Shown piece by piece: positions 18,172 to 27,336 of a DNA stretch of 64,000 nucleotides. A program made the translations under genes and the position numbers. The stretch is from positions 1 to 64,000 of the IMG/VR virus record IMGVR_UViG_3300003890_000014. One strand, 5' to 3'. Source of the DNA: a virus. Numbering within the stretch: position 1 is the stretch's first letter; each line of letters starts with the position of its first letter. The notes beneath the pieces are model-generated. The model had not been told where the DNA came from. It worked only from the letters and a program-made list of their open reading frames with translations, and ran no database searches.

Positions 18172-19983
18172 TTATTCCTCATCTTTTTCAGTGAAATACT
18201 CTATTACAGTTGGAGTTAACGACTTTTTTGTTTCTTCTTGAGCTTTTGTTTTAGCTTCTTTATCAGCTTGTTGATCTTTTTCATCAGTTTCTGCATCTGC
18301 CGACGAGATCGCCGCATCAATTTGGTCAACAACTTCTGACATATCATCAGTATTTTCATCTGGATTTCCTTCGGGATTGTTTGGATCTTGACCAGCCATA
18401 TCCCTTTGCTGATCTTGCATAGCTTGTTGCTGCTCTGCCATTTGTTTTTGCGCCAAGTATTGAGTAAAGGTAGCATTAAGAACAAGATCTCCAGCTTCAA
18501 CTGGAGGAAAACCCATTTCAACTCGGGCCTCGTTTAAGGTCTTCCAAACTCTTGTCTCTTTTTCTAATCGATCAATTTCTTGCTGTCGAGTTTCAGCGTC
18601 AAAGCCTACAAATTTAAACTTATATTTAGAATTTAAATCCTTATTCCAATAGCATAAGATGTTATTATTAAGAAGATTCTCTACGTAGTCCAGTAAAGGT
18701 TTTAATCCTTTATCTCGTGAACTTCTGAGTCTTTCCTCATTGTTACCTTCATTTAGAGTGCTGGGACCTACTTTAGAGATATCAAAATTGATTTCAGCAG
18801 GGTCGATTTGATAAATAGCACAGCTAATGCGAATAAGATAATTCATCCATTGTTCAAACTCCATCTCTCGATTTGTTTGAGCAAGTGACACCCATTTAAC
18901 ATCTTCAGCCATACCGATAATCGGAGGTCTAAAAGAATTACGAGTATTTACGACTTGATTGAACCATTGTCGTTTGAAAGCTTCGAGTTGGCCACGGCTG
19001 ATATTATCACCTTTAATATGTAGAATACCTTTAGTACCAATACCTTGAGTAAAAAAGTTTCTATTGTGGGCTTCAGCAAATAAATGAGCTGTTACAATTT
19101 GAATAAGAAGTTCTAATTCTCCAGGGGCATATCCATTATCTTCTGGATCGACTGTAGGATGCGCAGCTTCGAAGATCAATTCGTCTTCAGTAAAAGCAGC
19201 CATTACTTTTCCTCGAATAATTTGCACATATCTAAAAGGTTTAGTACTATCAAATCTCTTTTGAAGTTTTTTTCTATCTGCAATAATTGGCTCTAACATT
19301 TTTTGATAAAGATTTGCACTCTCTGAAGATACAAACCTGATTGTACCTGCAGATACAGGATAAAAATGATGTAAAGTGTCACCGTCTTTAGTGGGAACAA
19401 GTTCAGTAGCTGAATAGTTATAAACTAAACGATCCCATACGATACTTTTAACCCAACGCTCAAAATCCCAACGCTTATAAGTAGTGTCAGTCTCTTCAGC
19501 AGGCATCCCACAATGGGTGATAAATTCTTTGATCTTGGCTATATCTTTATCTTGCTTTTCTTTAAGCTTTTGTCGTTTTTGATCTAGTTCATGCTTTAAT
19601 TGAGCACGAGCTTCATCGTCCAAAGAAGGGTCAGCGAGTCGCATCTTCTCTTCTCCGCTAATATCGGCGGGTTCGTTAGGAACCACGTCCCAACCTTGAG
19701 AATACTTATCTTTTTGAGGTTTACAAAAAGCTGCGATTTGAGCAAGGCGAGTGTTTAAGATGGCAATAACGATACTATCTTTTCTAGCCATATTCTTCAG
19801 AATACCAGGACCGACCAAAGAGGTACGCTCTTTATAGCCATACTGCTGCTCATCAGGGAAACCGACCTCAATCATCCCTTTTCGTTCAGCCATCTCTTCA
19901 TTTGAAATGGATGATTTAGCCTTTGCGATGTATCCATCTAGAGCGGCTTCAGAAGCTTCTATAATTTTAGAAAAAATTGACAT
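18172..19983 (-). CDS. Portal protein (SPO1/Twort-like)
   Basis: HNRNFFTQG..TKGILHI, REMEFEQWMNYLI...YQIDPAEINF, SRDKGLKPLL, TLNEAR; follows the terminase. Confidence 0.9.
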   Translation of the reverse strand: MSIFSKIIEASEAALDGYIAKAKSSISNEEMAERKGMIEVGFPDEQQYGYKERTSLVGPGILKNMARKDSIVIAILNTRLAQIAAFCKPQKDKYSQGWDVVPNEPADISGEEKMRLADPSLDDEARAQLKHELDQKRQKLKEKQDKDIAKIKEFITHCGMPAEETDTTYKRWDFERWVKSIVWDRLVYNYSATELVPTKDGDTLHHFYPVSAGTIRFVSSESANLYQKMLEPIIADRKKLQKRFDSTKPFRYVQIIRGKVMAAFTEDELIFEAAHPTVDPEDNGYAPGELELLIQIVTAHLFAEAHNRNFFTQGIGTKGILHIKGDNISRGQLEAFKRQWFNQVVNTRNSFRPPIIGMAEDVKWVSLAQTNREMEFEQWMNYLIRISCAIYQIDPAEINFDISKVGPSTLNEGNNEERLRSSRDKGLKPLLDYVENLLNNNILCYWNKDLNSKYKFKFVGFDAETRQQEIDRLEKETRVWKTLNEARVEMGFPPVEAGDLVLNATFTQYLAQKQMAEQQQAMQDQQRDMAGQDPNNPEGNPDENTDDMSEVVDQIDAAISSADAETDEKDQQADKEAKTKAQEETKKSLTPTVIEYFTEKDEE

Positions 19984-20001
19984 ATTTAGTGCTCCATTTG
20001 T

Positions 20002-20030
20002 ATTATAACACGGTTAAATTAAAAGGTCAA
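20002..20030 (-). promoter_or_regulatory. Sigma70-like promoter for the portal gene
   Basis: TTGACC-17-TATAAT with TG. Confidence 0.7.
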
Positions 20031-21793
20031 ACTGAAAACCAAAACCCATTTGGATCTTCGTCGTCATCTGGTTCTTCCCCGTTCTTTTCTCGCTCTTTCT
20101 CTACATGTTCTTTACGGTTATCGTAAAATTTCATGTTACCAGCGAACTCAGCTAAATCGTTGACTGTTGGAGTCAACAATTGTTTACCTGTAGTATCTTT
20201 TGTAATTACAACTTCATCTTCGTCTTCTCTATGATATCCAATATAAAGAGGAGAAGTCTTATCAAACTGATAAACACATAAAGCGATTGCAATAGCGTAA
20301 TCATCATGAGAATTCGAAGCCGCAGCGATTTGGATCTTATTAGAAATTGCAGATCGTTTTTCTCTAAGATCTTTTAAATGTTGAATTGCGATAGGGTTGT
20401 GAACTATTCCTAAAGTTTTAGTGTTCAATGCGACTTGTAAGGAATACATGATTTTTAGCTTCGATGCCCCAGCTAAAGTAAACTCTTTAAGAAGACATCC
20501 TTCTTTCGCAAATATAGGCTTCAAAGCTGCAAAAGCATATTGATCTGCTACACAATACGCTATTCCATACTCTTTCAAATGAATACAAATCTCAGGAATT
20601 ACTTCGGAAGGATCTAATTCGTTTCCATCAGTCCCTTGCCAATGCACCATGAAATCAATAAAAACTTTTTCCATTTTATCTTTTGTTTGAGGGTCAAGAG
20701 AGAACTCTTTATGCCCAATTGCGAAAGTCCATAAGTCATTTCTGGTAGCATAATCCATAGATGCTACATATCGATATCCTTTTTGAAAATCTAACTTTTC
20801 TACTCCTCTTAATATAGCGAGTTCAATGAGATTTGGATCTAGATAAGATGTTTCAGACGCTGTATATTGAGCGCCGTATTCTCGGTTAAAATAGTTAAGC
20901 CCTTTTTTCTTTTGCTTCTCAAGATATGCTACTGGAATAGAAGGGTTAGCATACCAAGTTGGAGCTTGAATATGCAATACATCTTTCTCTTCTCGTCCCA
21001 CGTAATCATTAAACATTAAACCCGCTTGTCCGTTTGGAGATGAAATTTTTAAGATCAAAGCCATACCTTCAACCATTTGAAATTGAGATAAAGCAGGAGC
21101 AAGAGCTTCATAGATACCTTTATCTGTATTTTTAGTATCGTTACCTTCAACTCCGAAAAAGCAAACTTCATCAAGAATAGCAAAAGGCACGGCCATGCCT
21201 CGAATTTTTGAGATATCTGCTGCCATAACTTTGATCACAACTTTATTATTAAGCCTAATTTGTCCACCACTAATACGAGACGGGTTAGATAAATCTTCTT
21301 CTGAGTACTCTGCTTGAAAATTTTCTACATTACCTTCTAAAAACTTTTGAAACAACCAAGGACTTTTTAGAAAGAAGTTCTTAATAGAAGCGTAAACCTC
21401 CCCCGCTTGTTCTTTAGTAGGGCTTATGATCGGAATTGTAGCATGAGGTGAAGTACCAAGATAAGGAGAATAATCAAACTGCGTGGCATAATAAATAGCC
21501 AAACCAGCACCGATGGTTGTACTTTTTCCTGAGCGGCGGCCAAAACAAAGGCTAGTGTCGGAGTAATGTGAGACAGTGTAATCAGATTTGCCGCTAAAAT
21601 ATTTATACATCTCAACTTCATTTTCAAAACCTCGTTCTTGATAAGCATGGGTTGCAGGAATAGGAGTAAGTGCATCCAATTGCTCGCCACGAATAGCTCT
21701 AAGTGTCATCTTTTGAATAGGGGATAAATTCTTTACTCCCAAAGCTATTTCAAAGAAATCAATGATGCTTTTAAATTTAATAGAAGAAGACAT
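20027..21793 (-). CDS. Terminase large subunit
   Basis: GRRSGKS, ILDE, ISSP, REYGAQY, nuclease motifs SMDYA...ADQ...HDD. Confidence 0.92.
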   Translation of the reverse strand: MSSSIKFKSIIDFFEIALGVKNLSPIQKMTLRAIRGEQLDALTPIPATHAYQERGFENEVEMYKYFSGKSDYTVSHYSDTSLCFGRRSGKSTTIGAGLAIYYATQFDYSPYLGTSPHATIPIISPTKEQAGEVYASIKNFFLKSPWLFQKFLEGNVENFQAEYSEEDLSNPSRISGGQIRLNNKVVIKVMAADISKIRGMAVPFAILDEVCFFGVEGNDTKNTDKGIYEALAPALSQFQMVEGMALILKISSPNGQAGLMFNDYVGREEKDVLHIQAPTWYANPSIPVAYLEKQKKKGLNYFNREYGAQYTASETSYLDPNLIELAILRGVEKLDFQKGYRYVASMDYATRNDLWTFAIGHKEFSLDPQTKDKMEKVFIDFMVHWQGTDGNELDPSEVIPEICIHLKEYGIAYCVADQYAFAALKPIFAKEGCLLKEFTLAGASKLKIMYSLQVALNTKTLGIVHNPIAIQHLKDLREKRSAISNKIQIAAASNSHDDYAIAIALCVYQFDKTSPLYIGYHREDEDEVVITKDTTGKQLLTPTVNDLAEFAGNMKFYDNRKEHVEKEREKNGEEPDDDEDPNGFWFSV

Positions 21794-22353
21794 TAAGATT
21801 CAACCTTTTTATACTCTGCTTCAACAATCTTCATAGCCTCTTCAGGTGATAATTGAATATTTTTTTCTTTAGCTTTTAAAATCAATTCCATAACATGATC
21901 CATGTCGATCTTTAGAATCGCCCCAGTGTGTTTGTGTTCTACCACACCTTTTGTCTCATGTTTGATAGTAGCAGTTTGAAGCTTTTCTAGGGTAGCAGCG
22001 GCCTTTTGAATCTCTCCTAAAAGAGGAAGAGGATTATCACTCATTAAAAGTTTTTGTAATTTTGCTATTCCAACGGCGACAGCTTTTGCAACTTCTGTTA
22101 GATTATATTTAGTAAGCTTTTCAGTATCGTTACCTAAAGCTTCGATCTCTTTATATTTATTGAGAAGGAAGTTCTTCTCTAAGTCCAATTTCTTCTTCTC
22201 TTCTACCCATTGCCCCGAGTCTCTCCAGTTGTATAGGGTGCGAGTTGGAATTCCCAGATCCTCTGAAATTTGTGAGATTGGATCTCCATTCAGAAACTTT
22301 ACTTTTGCCTGCAGTTCCCGTTCCTTGATATTTATTACGTTGTTGTCGTTCAT
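21793..22353 (-). CDS. Terminase small subunit (HTH)
   Basis: ISQISEDLGIPTRTLYNW...W; immediately upstream of TerL. Confidence 0.7.
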   Translation of the reverse strand: MNDNNVINIKERELQAKVKFLNGDPISQISEDLGIPTRTLYNWRDSGQWVEEKKKLDLEKNFLLNKYKEIEALGNDTEKLTKYNLTEVAKAVAVGIAKLQKLLMSDNPLPLLGEIQKAAATLEKLQTATIKHETKGVVEHKHTGAILKIDMDHVMELILKAKEKNIQLSPEEAMKIVEAEYKKVES

Positions 22354-22864
22354 TTAGAACCCCTTCAATAACTGAAATATGCTTTGCTAACAAGACGTTA
22401 TATTTTTCTCTATGAGATGGAATAAAGCTATGATATCGAGTATACCAAGTACGTCCTTGTTTCTTATCTATTTTATCATAGGTTTGGCGAAGTTGTGCCA
22501 ATATTTTAGCTGTTTCTTCAATAGCATATGCAGAATCAGTCAATAAACGGCCTAATTCAACATTTCTAGACTCAATAGTCGTGTAATGGAGCTGTCCTAA
22601 CCCAAAGTCCCTACTCTTATAATTAATAGCTCTTATGTTGAAGTTAGACTCTTGTTTAAAGATCGCTACAAAAATCTTCCAATCAATAGAGTATTTAGTA
22701 CTCATGTCTTGGATATTATTAGCAATTGTCGTCGCCATGTCATCGGAAATAGATGGAGTTAACTTCTTAATAACATTAGCTATTTTTTCATCGGCTAACG
22801 AGTTTTTTGGAATCAGAGTAATTGTTAAAAATACTCCAATAGCGGTTAATATTTTGACTTTCAT
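22157..22864 (-). CDS. SLT-family lytic transglycosylase with signal peptide
   Basis: AIFKQESNFN, DFGLGQL, RYHS; the 3' tail overlaps TerS. Confidence 0.8.
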   Translation of the reverse strand: MKVKILTAIGVFLTITLIPKNSLADEKIANVIKKLTPSISDDMATTIANNIQDMSTKYSIDWKIFVAIFKQESNFNIRAINYKSRDFGLGQLHYTTIESRNVELGRLLTDSAYAIEETAKILAQLRQTYDKIDKKQGRTWYTRYHSFIPSHREKYNVLLAKHISVIEGVLNERQQRNKYQGTGTAGKSKVSEWRSNLTNFRGSGNSNSHPIQLERLGAMGRREEEIGLREELPSQ

Positions 22865-23199
22865 TAATTCTCCCGAACTTGGTTCGTGTATCTTTTCAAT
22901 CTCACCGTTATGGTGTAATTGTATAGGTACTCTTTAAGCAGATTGATTGCATCTGAGATTAACCTATCTTTACGGGTAAATAAAAGTCTCCAAAATTTTA
23001 TATATAAAACGACTTCTACTTTTCTATTTTCAGTATCTAGAAAATACTCTAAATACTTTACTTGAGGAAAATTCATGTATAAATTTGTAACGATATTGTT
23101 ATGCGCAATAGGGGAAACGATACCATACTTCATAAGCCAAGCATCGCCAGCAATAAAAAGGCTTTCTAGTTCTGAAAGGGCTTTCTTTTTGCTATCCAT
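22864..23199 (-). CDS. Hypothetical protein
   Basis: Coupled ORF. Confidence 0.65.
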   Translation of the reverse strand: MDSKKKALSELESLFIAGDAWLMKYGIVSPIAHNNIVTNLYMNFPQVKYLEYFLDTENRKVEVVLYIKFWRLLFTRKDRLISDAINLLKEYLYNYTITVRLKRYTNQVREN

Positions 23200-23539
23200 T
23201 CTTTTTTAACTTCTTTCTCCATGTTGTCGCATCTTTTCGTACATCTTTATTCGAATTTTTATAGTTTCCAAGATGTCCAATCAACAAATGGCAACAAATC
23301 CCCTTCTCCCAATTCTCACAAAGGGTGATAAGGTTTTTTGGATCAAGTTCTTTTGATGGATCTTCGTGAAACGGTACAATATGATGTACCTCAGTTTTGT
23401 TCAATGATCCACAAACCTCGCAATTAGGTTTTGCTTTTAAATGTTCAGCTCTTACTTTTGGCCATTGAGAAGATCTTTTTGCGCCAGCGGGAGCTTTTCC
23501 TTCGATACGATCTTTAATTTGCTTTATTAGTTTAATCAT
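23192..23539 (-). CDS. HNH endonuclease (gp74-like, near the terminase)
   Basis: W..VR..HL...CEVC...EVHHIVP...NLITLC...CH...H. Confidence 0.85.
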   Translation of the reverse strand: MIKLIKQIKDRIEGKAPAGAKRSSQWPKVRAEHLKAKPNCEVCGSLNKTEVHHIVPFHEDPSKELDPKNLITLCENWEKGICCHLLIGHLGNYKNSNKDVRKDATTWRKKLKKNG

Positions 23540-23548
23540 TCTTTCTCC

Positions 23549-23577
23549 AGAATACCAAATAGTTAAAGTATTGTCAA
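23549..23577 (-). promoter_or_regulatory. Sigma70-like promoter
   Basis: TTGACA-17-TATTCT. Confidence 0.7.
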
Positions 23578-23579
23578 TG

Positions 23580-23617
23580 AAAAAAGGCTCTTAAAACCTT
23601 AACGATTTTAAAAGCCT
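23580..23617 (-). terminator. Intrinsic terminator
   Basis: AGGCTTTTAAAATC-loop-GGTTTTAAGAGCCT followed by a U-run. Confidence 0.7.
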
Positions 23618-23618
23618 A

Positions 23619-23722
23619 TGGTGTGGTCACGCTTAAAACTACCATTTGCTAGATGGACTTACCATTACCCGAACAGCTATTCGGCCCTCAGTCACCCGTT
23701 TTAAGCTTATGAGTTCGACCAC
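23619..23722 (-). ncRNA. Candidate ~104-nt CCA-ending tRNA-like / Y-RNA-like ncRNA
   Basis: TATAAT 7 nt upstream; GTGGTCG/TGACCAC stem plus ACCA; GCTTAAAAC/GTTTTAAGC stem; two inner hairpins; terminator directly after. Confidence 0.6.
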
Positions 23723-23792
23723 AGCTATATTATAGCTTATAAATTAACCTTTTTTGTAACCTCTAATTCACAACTAAACATGCATAAAACTT

Positions 23793-23909
23793 CTAAGTTG
23801 AACTTCTGCTCGATTTAGAATAACAACGGTCTTGAATATCATTTCCAATATAAAAAGGTAATTTAGTCTCTGGATTTATGTGTGCATACACATAGTATTT
23901 TTTTGTCAT
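23793..23909 (-). pseudogene. GIY-YIG homing endonuclease remnant
   Basis: MTKKYYVYAHINPETKLPFYIGNDIQDRCYSKSSRSST*; VY...YIG motif, TAG where a Trp would be expected, remainder missing. Confidence 0.7.
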
Positions 23910-23911
23910 AA

Positions 23912-24120
23912 AAATTTTACGTAGTTGAAAAGGTGGGGCAACCTCACTCCCACTCCAAACGTAACTCTTGCGAGATACGAGTCACCACCCTTTAGATGCA
24001 GCCTTTTTTACGATTACGGCCAAGGGCATTCCAACTACGGCAGGTAGGCGTTAGAACAAGTCTTGCGACTGTTCAGGGCGCTTCAGCACTTCAGCCCGTC
24101 ATTATCCACCTGCAAAATTT
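23912..24120 (-). ncRNA. Candidate ~209-nt multi-stem structured ncRNA
   Basis: About 53% GC by hand count; stems GCAGGTGG/CTACCTGC and CGTAGTTGGAA/TTTCAACTACG; two GCAA tetraloop hairpins. Confidence 0.65.
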
Positions 24121-24694
24121 ACTTACTCAAATAATAAGCTCCAAGTGCTATAGCATCTGCAATATCTGCGTCACCTGAATTTTCTTTTACATTAAGATTT
24201 AATTTATATTGTTTGTTAACAAAGCGTTGACTGAGAGTTTTCCAGTCTACTACAAGTCTTTTTTGACCAGATACTCTTGCTTCTTTATTGAAAAGTTTAT
24301 CTTCTTCTGACAATTTGAGACCTAATCCGCCTCTCCAGCCCTCTTTTCCGTTGGAGTCGATATAAATAACTTCTTTAAGCCATTTAGGATCAATCATATT
24401 TAAATAGTCTAACACAAAGAAATGCAAGGCGTCAAGAGATTTTTGAGCGATTCTATTAATTCCTCTATTTATTTCTTCGATAATTATAAGTTCAGGATTA
24501 GTTTCAGTGACAATATCTCGAACTTTTGATGACATATCCTTAATTTTAGCTAGTTGAGCTTCAGGATATTTCATCTTTGTAATAAGAGGAACCTTTGGCT
24601 TCAAAATACCGTATTTAGTAAGCTTACCCTTTTCGTCGAAAAAAGCATAACCTGTGCAACTAGTTGATAAGTCTAAAGCCAATAAGGTTTTCAT
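24119..24694 (-). CDS. ruvC: RuvC-like Holliday junction resolvase
   Basis: LLALDLSTSCTGYA, IIIEE, DIADAIALG. Confidence 0.85.
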   Translation of the reverse strand: MKTLLALDLSTSCTGYAFFDEKGKLTKYGILKPKVPLITKMKYPEAQLAKIKDMSSKVRDIVTETNPELIIIEEINRGINRIAQKSLDALHFFVLDYLNMIDPKWLKEVIYIDSNGKEGWRGGLGLKLSEEDKLFNKEARVSGQKRLVVDWKTLSQRFVNKQYKLNLNVKENSGDADIADAIALGAYYLSK

Positions 24695-24882
24695 ACCTGC
24701 CTACTTATAACCCGCTGATAATGATTAAATAGTTTTTTAGAGGACTCTTTGAGGTCCCAAACTTCATCTAGTAGTTTTTGTTTATCTTCTGTATTATATG
24801 GAGAGGAGTTAATGCGAAATTCAACTTTATTCAAGTCATCTTGGATCTCTAAAAGTACTTTAAGATTCAATTTTATATTCAT
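24691..24882 (-). CDS. Hypothetical protein
   Basis: AAGGA RBS. Confidence 0.55.
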   Translation of the reverse strand: MNIKLNLKVLLEIQDDLNKVEFRINSSPYNTEDKQKLLDEVWDLKESSKKLFNHYQRVISRQV

Positions 24883-24998
24883 TTAATAATCCTTTCAACT
24901 ATTTACCATTTTTCAAAGCTTTATTTCAAATTTATGGAATAAGGGTTTGATGTTATGCAAATATATGATTTTACAACGCTTTACAACTATTAGCCTAA

Positions 24999-25223
24999 CT
25001 ATTTGAATTTCTTTCCGAAATCTTGGGGGTGTACCCATCTTTTCATTGAAAGCTCAAGCTCTACTATTCCACAAGATTCAACACATTCTCGCTTCTCTCT
25101 AAGCTCTTCAACACTGGAATATAAAGGCATCGAACCTTCAAGATCACAAGCCTCGCCCATCTCGTGCTGCCAATCGACCGCACAAGCGTAAAACGTAAGC
25201 TTCTTATCTTCATTAGTTTTCAT
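24999..25223 (-). CDS. Hypothetical protein
   Basis: Coupled ORF. Confidence 0.6.
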   Translation of the reverse strand: MKTNEDKKLTFYACAVDWQHEMGEACDLEGSMPLYSSVEELREKRECVESCGIVELELSMKRWVHPQDFGKKFK

Positions 25224-25540
25224 TTTTTACCTATTGCCTTTTTATCCCAGCCAAATTTAAGAGCATCATCCATGCCCCATTTATCAATTTTCTCAGCCAC
25301 TAAATGTTTATCGTGATGATCTGTCATTCGCTTCTTTAGCTTTTTATCCATGTTCTTTGAAACTTGAACTCCTCGAAGTTTGTCCTTCATTTCGAATGAT
25401 TCAGTAGAGATATTTTTAGGAAGTTGAATTTCCATAGGTTCGTCGTATCCGCAGCCACAGTAAACATAAATATCCACGTTCTTAAGTAAAGAACGCTGCT
25501 CATTACCGCAGCCTGGGCATAATAAAGTGAATACTGGCAT
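25220..25540 (-). CDS. FmdB-like Zn-ribbon protein
   Basis: MPVFTLLCPGCG...CGCG. Confidence 0.65.
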   Translation of the reverse strand: MPVFTLLCPGCGNEQRSLLKNVDIYVYCGCGYDEPMEIQLPKNISTESFEMKDKLRGVQVSKNMDKKLKKRMTDHHDKHLVAEKIDKWGMDDALKFGWDKKAIGKK

Positions 25541-25902
25541 TATCTAGGTCCTTTTACTTTATCGTGATATTTTTGAAGCTTTGTCCGATGTTTGCAATTA
25601 TCACAAACTCTATTATAAAACACTCCATCTCGCCTTTCAAGTACCACAAGTCTGAGGATTCCACTTTCACAGTGCCAACATTTCCATTGTTCTGATAAAG
25701 CCTTGTTTTTTTCTAATGCTGCTTCTTGTTGTTCTTTACGATCCTGAGCATCCAAAAGATCCTTAAGATTCTGAAATCGGTCAACATCAATTCTTGATAT
25801 TTGCTTTCTTAGTTGACTAATTTGCTCTTTTAAACGCTTATTCTCACGTCGAACTTTTTGCAGCTGATCGATCTCCGAGTCAGCCAGATTACGTCGTCGC
25901 AT
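25540..25902 (-). CDS. Coiled coil plus Zn-ribbon protein
   Basis: Heptad N-terminus; CWHC...CDNC. Confidence 0.7.
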   Translation of the reverse strand: MRRRNLADSEIDQLQKVRRENKRLKEQISQLRKQISRIDVDRFQNLKDLLDAQDRKEQQEAALEKNKALSEQWKCWHCESGILRLVVLERRDGVFYNRVCDNCKHRTKLQKYHDKVKGPR

Positions 25903-25918
25903 ATGTAGCTATTTTATC

Positions 25919-26917
25919 TTATTTAAGGTGTTTTTTCTTAAAGACTTCAAGAGCTTCTTTACTGGCTGGGATCATACCCGTAGCCACCGTATAAACGCTT
26001 GATATAGGCATCTTATGTGTGATGTGGTTCTTCTTGACCTCAATCTTAGTCTCAAGCCCAATCACTACTTCTTTACCGCCAATGGTCATCTTTAGATCAC
26101 CAACGCGTCGTAAACGTAAGATCAGTACTGAAGAGTAAGGAATACCATCACCCCCATAAGGAGTCTCTATAGAGGGACCATAGGCAGGCATAGATTGATA
26201 GGATTGATTTAAGAATAAAATTCCAACCTTATTTCGAACTTTAGAAATAAGTTGATTCACTCTTCGAGTCAAAGTCTTAATAGCTTTAGCCGATTTGCCC
26301 ATAGATTTATCATGATCTTCAATCTCGTACTCAAGTTCTGAGGAGGACATTGTATTACCTACACTATCCATCATAATGAAACAATCTTGTTCGGCCATAT
26401 CTATTACTTGATCGTTTCCGTTTTCATCTTCTACAACAATCTTACCAGCCGCAAGATCTCTGAGGATTTTTTCGATATACCCATAGGCTTGTTCAAGATT
26501 ATCAGCGTGAAACACGAGCAAAGCTTCTGGATCTGCCCCCATAAAATTACTAAGCCTGGAGAAGTCAAATTTATGCTCAGTGAGGATTAAAATAGGAAGA
26601 ATATTTTGCTTCTGAGCCATAGAGATAGCTTCCATAAGCATTGTCGTCTTACCAGTATTAGGTTTTCCAAATACCATCGTGATATTGCCAAAGGGAAGAC
26701 CTTCTAGTTCGGTAGCATCTCTAAAGGCAGGGGTCATCTCTAACCATTTACTAACACTAACTTTTGCGATTGTATCAGTTGTAGGAGTATATGAGACCAT
26801 CTCTTTATACTGTGAATTATAATAATTGCTGAATTTTCTAGCAACATTTTTTAGCTTTTCGAGGTTATCTGCTGTAACTTCTTGAACAACTTCTAGTTCT
26901 GGCTTCTTCTTTGACAT
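25919..26917 (-). CDS. recA: RecA/UvsX-like recombinase
   Basis: GLPFGNIT, GKPNTGKT, MDSVG, FLNQ, TPYGG, VKKNH. Confidence 0.9.
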   Translation of the reverse strand: MSKKKPELEVVQEVTADNLEKLKNVARKFSNYYNSQYKEMVSYTPTTDTIAKVSVSKWLEMTPAFRDATELEGLPFGNITMVFGKPNTGKTTMLMEAISMAQKQNILPILILTEHKFDFSRLSNFMGADPEALLVFHADNLEQAYGYIEKILRDLAAGKIVVEDENGNDQVIDMAEQDCFIMMDSVGNTMSSSELEYEIEDHDKSMGKSAKAIKTLTRRVNQLISKVRNKVGILFLNQSYQSMPAYGPSIETPYGGDGIPYSSVLILRLRRVGDLKMTIGGKEVVIGLETKIEVKKNHITHKMPISSVYTVATGMIPASKEALEVFKKKHLK

Positions 26918-26928
26918 GAATACTCCTT

Positions 26929-27336
26929 TTAATCGATTAATTGTTTTCGTGCATTAGCACAAAGGTCTTTTAAAGATTCATGCCGCATATAAAATGCTCG
27001 CACTATTCCTTCAAATTTATCTAAGGTCTCTTCTGCTTCTATTAACTCTCTTTCTAACCGTTTTACGTTGTCATCTGAGGTCACGGCTGCCTCTACTTCT
27101 TTTACTTTCTTACCTGTTCCATCATTTGAAAATTTAACATAAAGCTCTGATTTTGTTTCTTCGAGCATTAGCTTAGTAGTCTTTACTTTACGAGCAATCT
27201 CAGCTTTAAAATTGGCCCATTTTTTATAAAACAAAGGTTGATCAATTAACTCTTCGTTTAAATGATTAGGATCAATATTTAGCTCTTGATCGACATCTTC
27301 ATGTATGATGTCACGACGTTTAAATTTGCTCGACAT
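26929..27336 (-). CDS. UvsY-like recombination mediator
   Basis: Long helical protein (LNID...LNEELIDQP, VEAAVTSD) adjacent to RecA. Confidence 0.6.
   Translation of the reverse strand: MSSKFKRRDIIHEDVDQELNIDPNHLNEELIDQPLFYKKWANFKAEIARKVKTTKLMLEETKSELYVKFSNDGTGKKVKEVEAAVTSDDNVKRLERELIEAEETLDKFEGIVRAFYMRHESLKDLCANARKQLID

Noticed and set aside
23580-24120. Group I intron, tmRNA or retron ncRNA
   Set aside because: No interrupted gene or P7 R/S motifs, no T-arm or terminating tag ORF, and no reverse transcriptase in the window.
23996-24178. 60-aa plus-strand ORF
   Set aside because: Antisense to the operon, no RBS, and it overlaps ruvC and the structured RNA.
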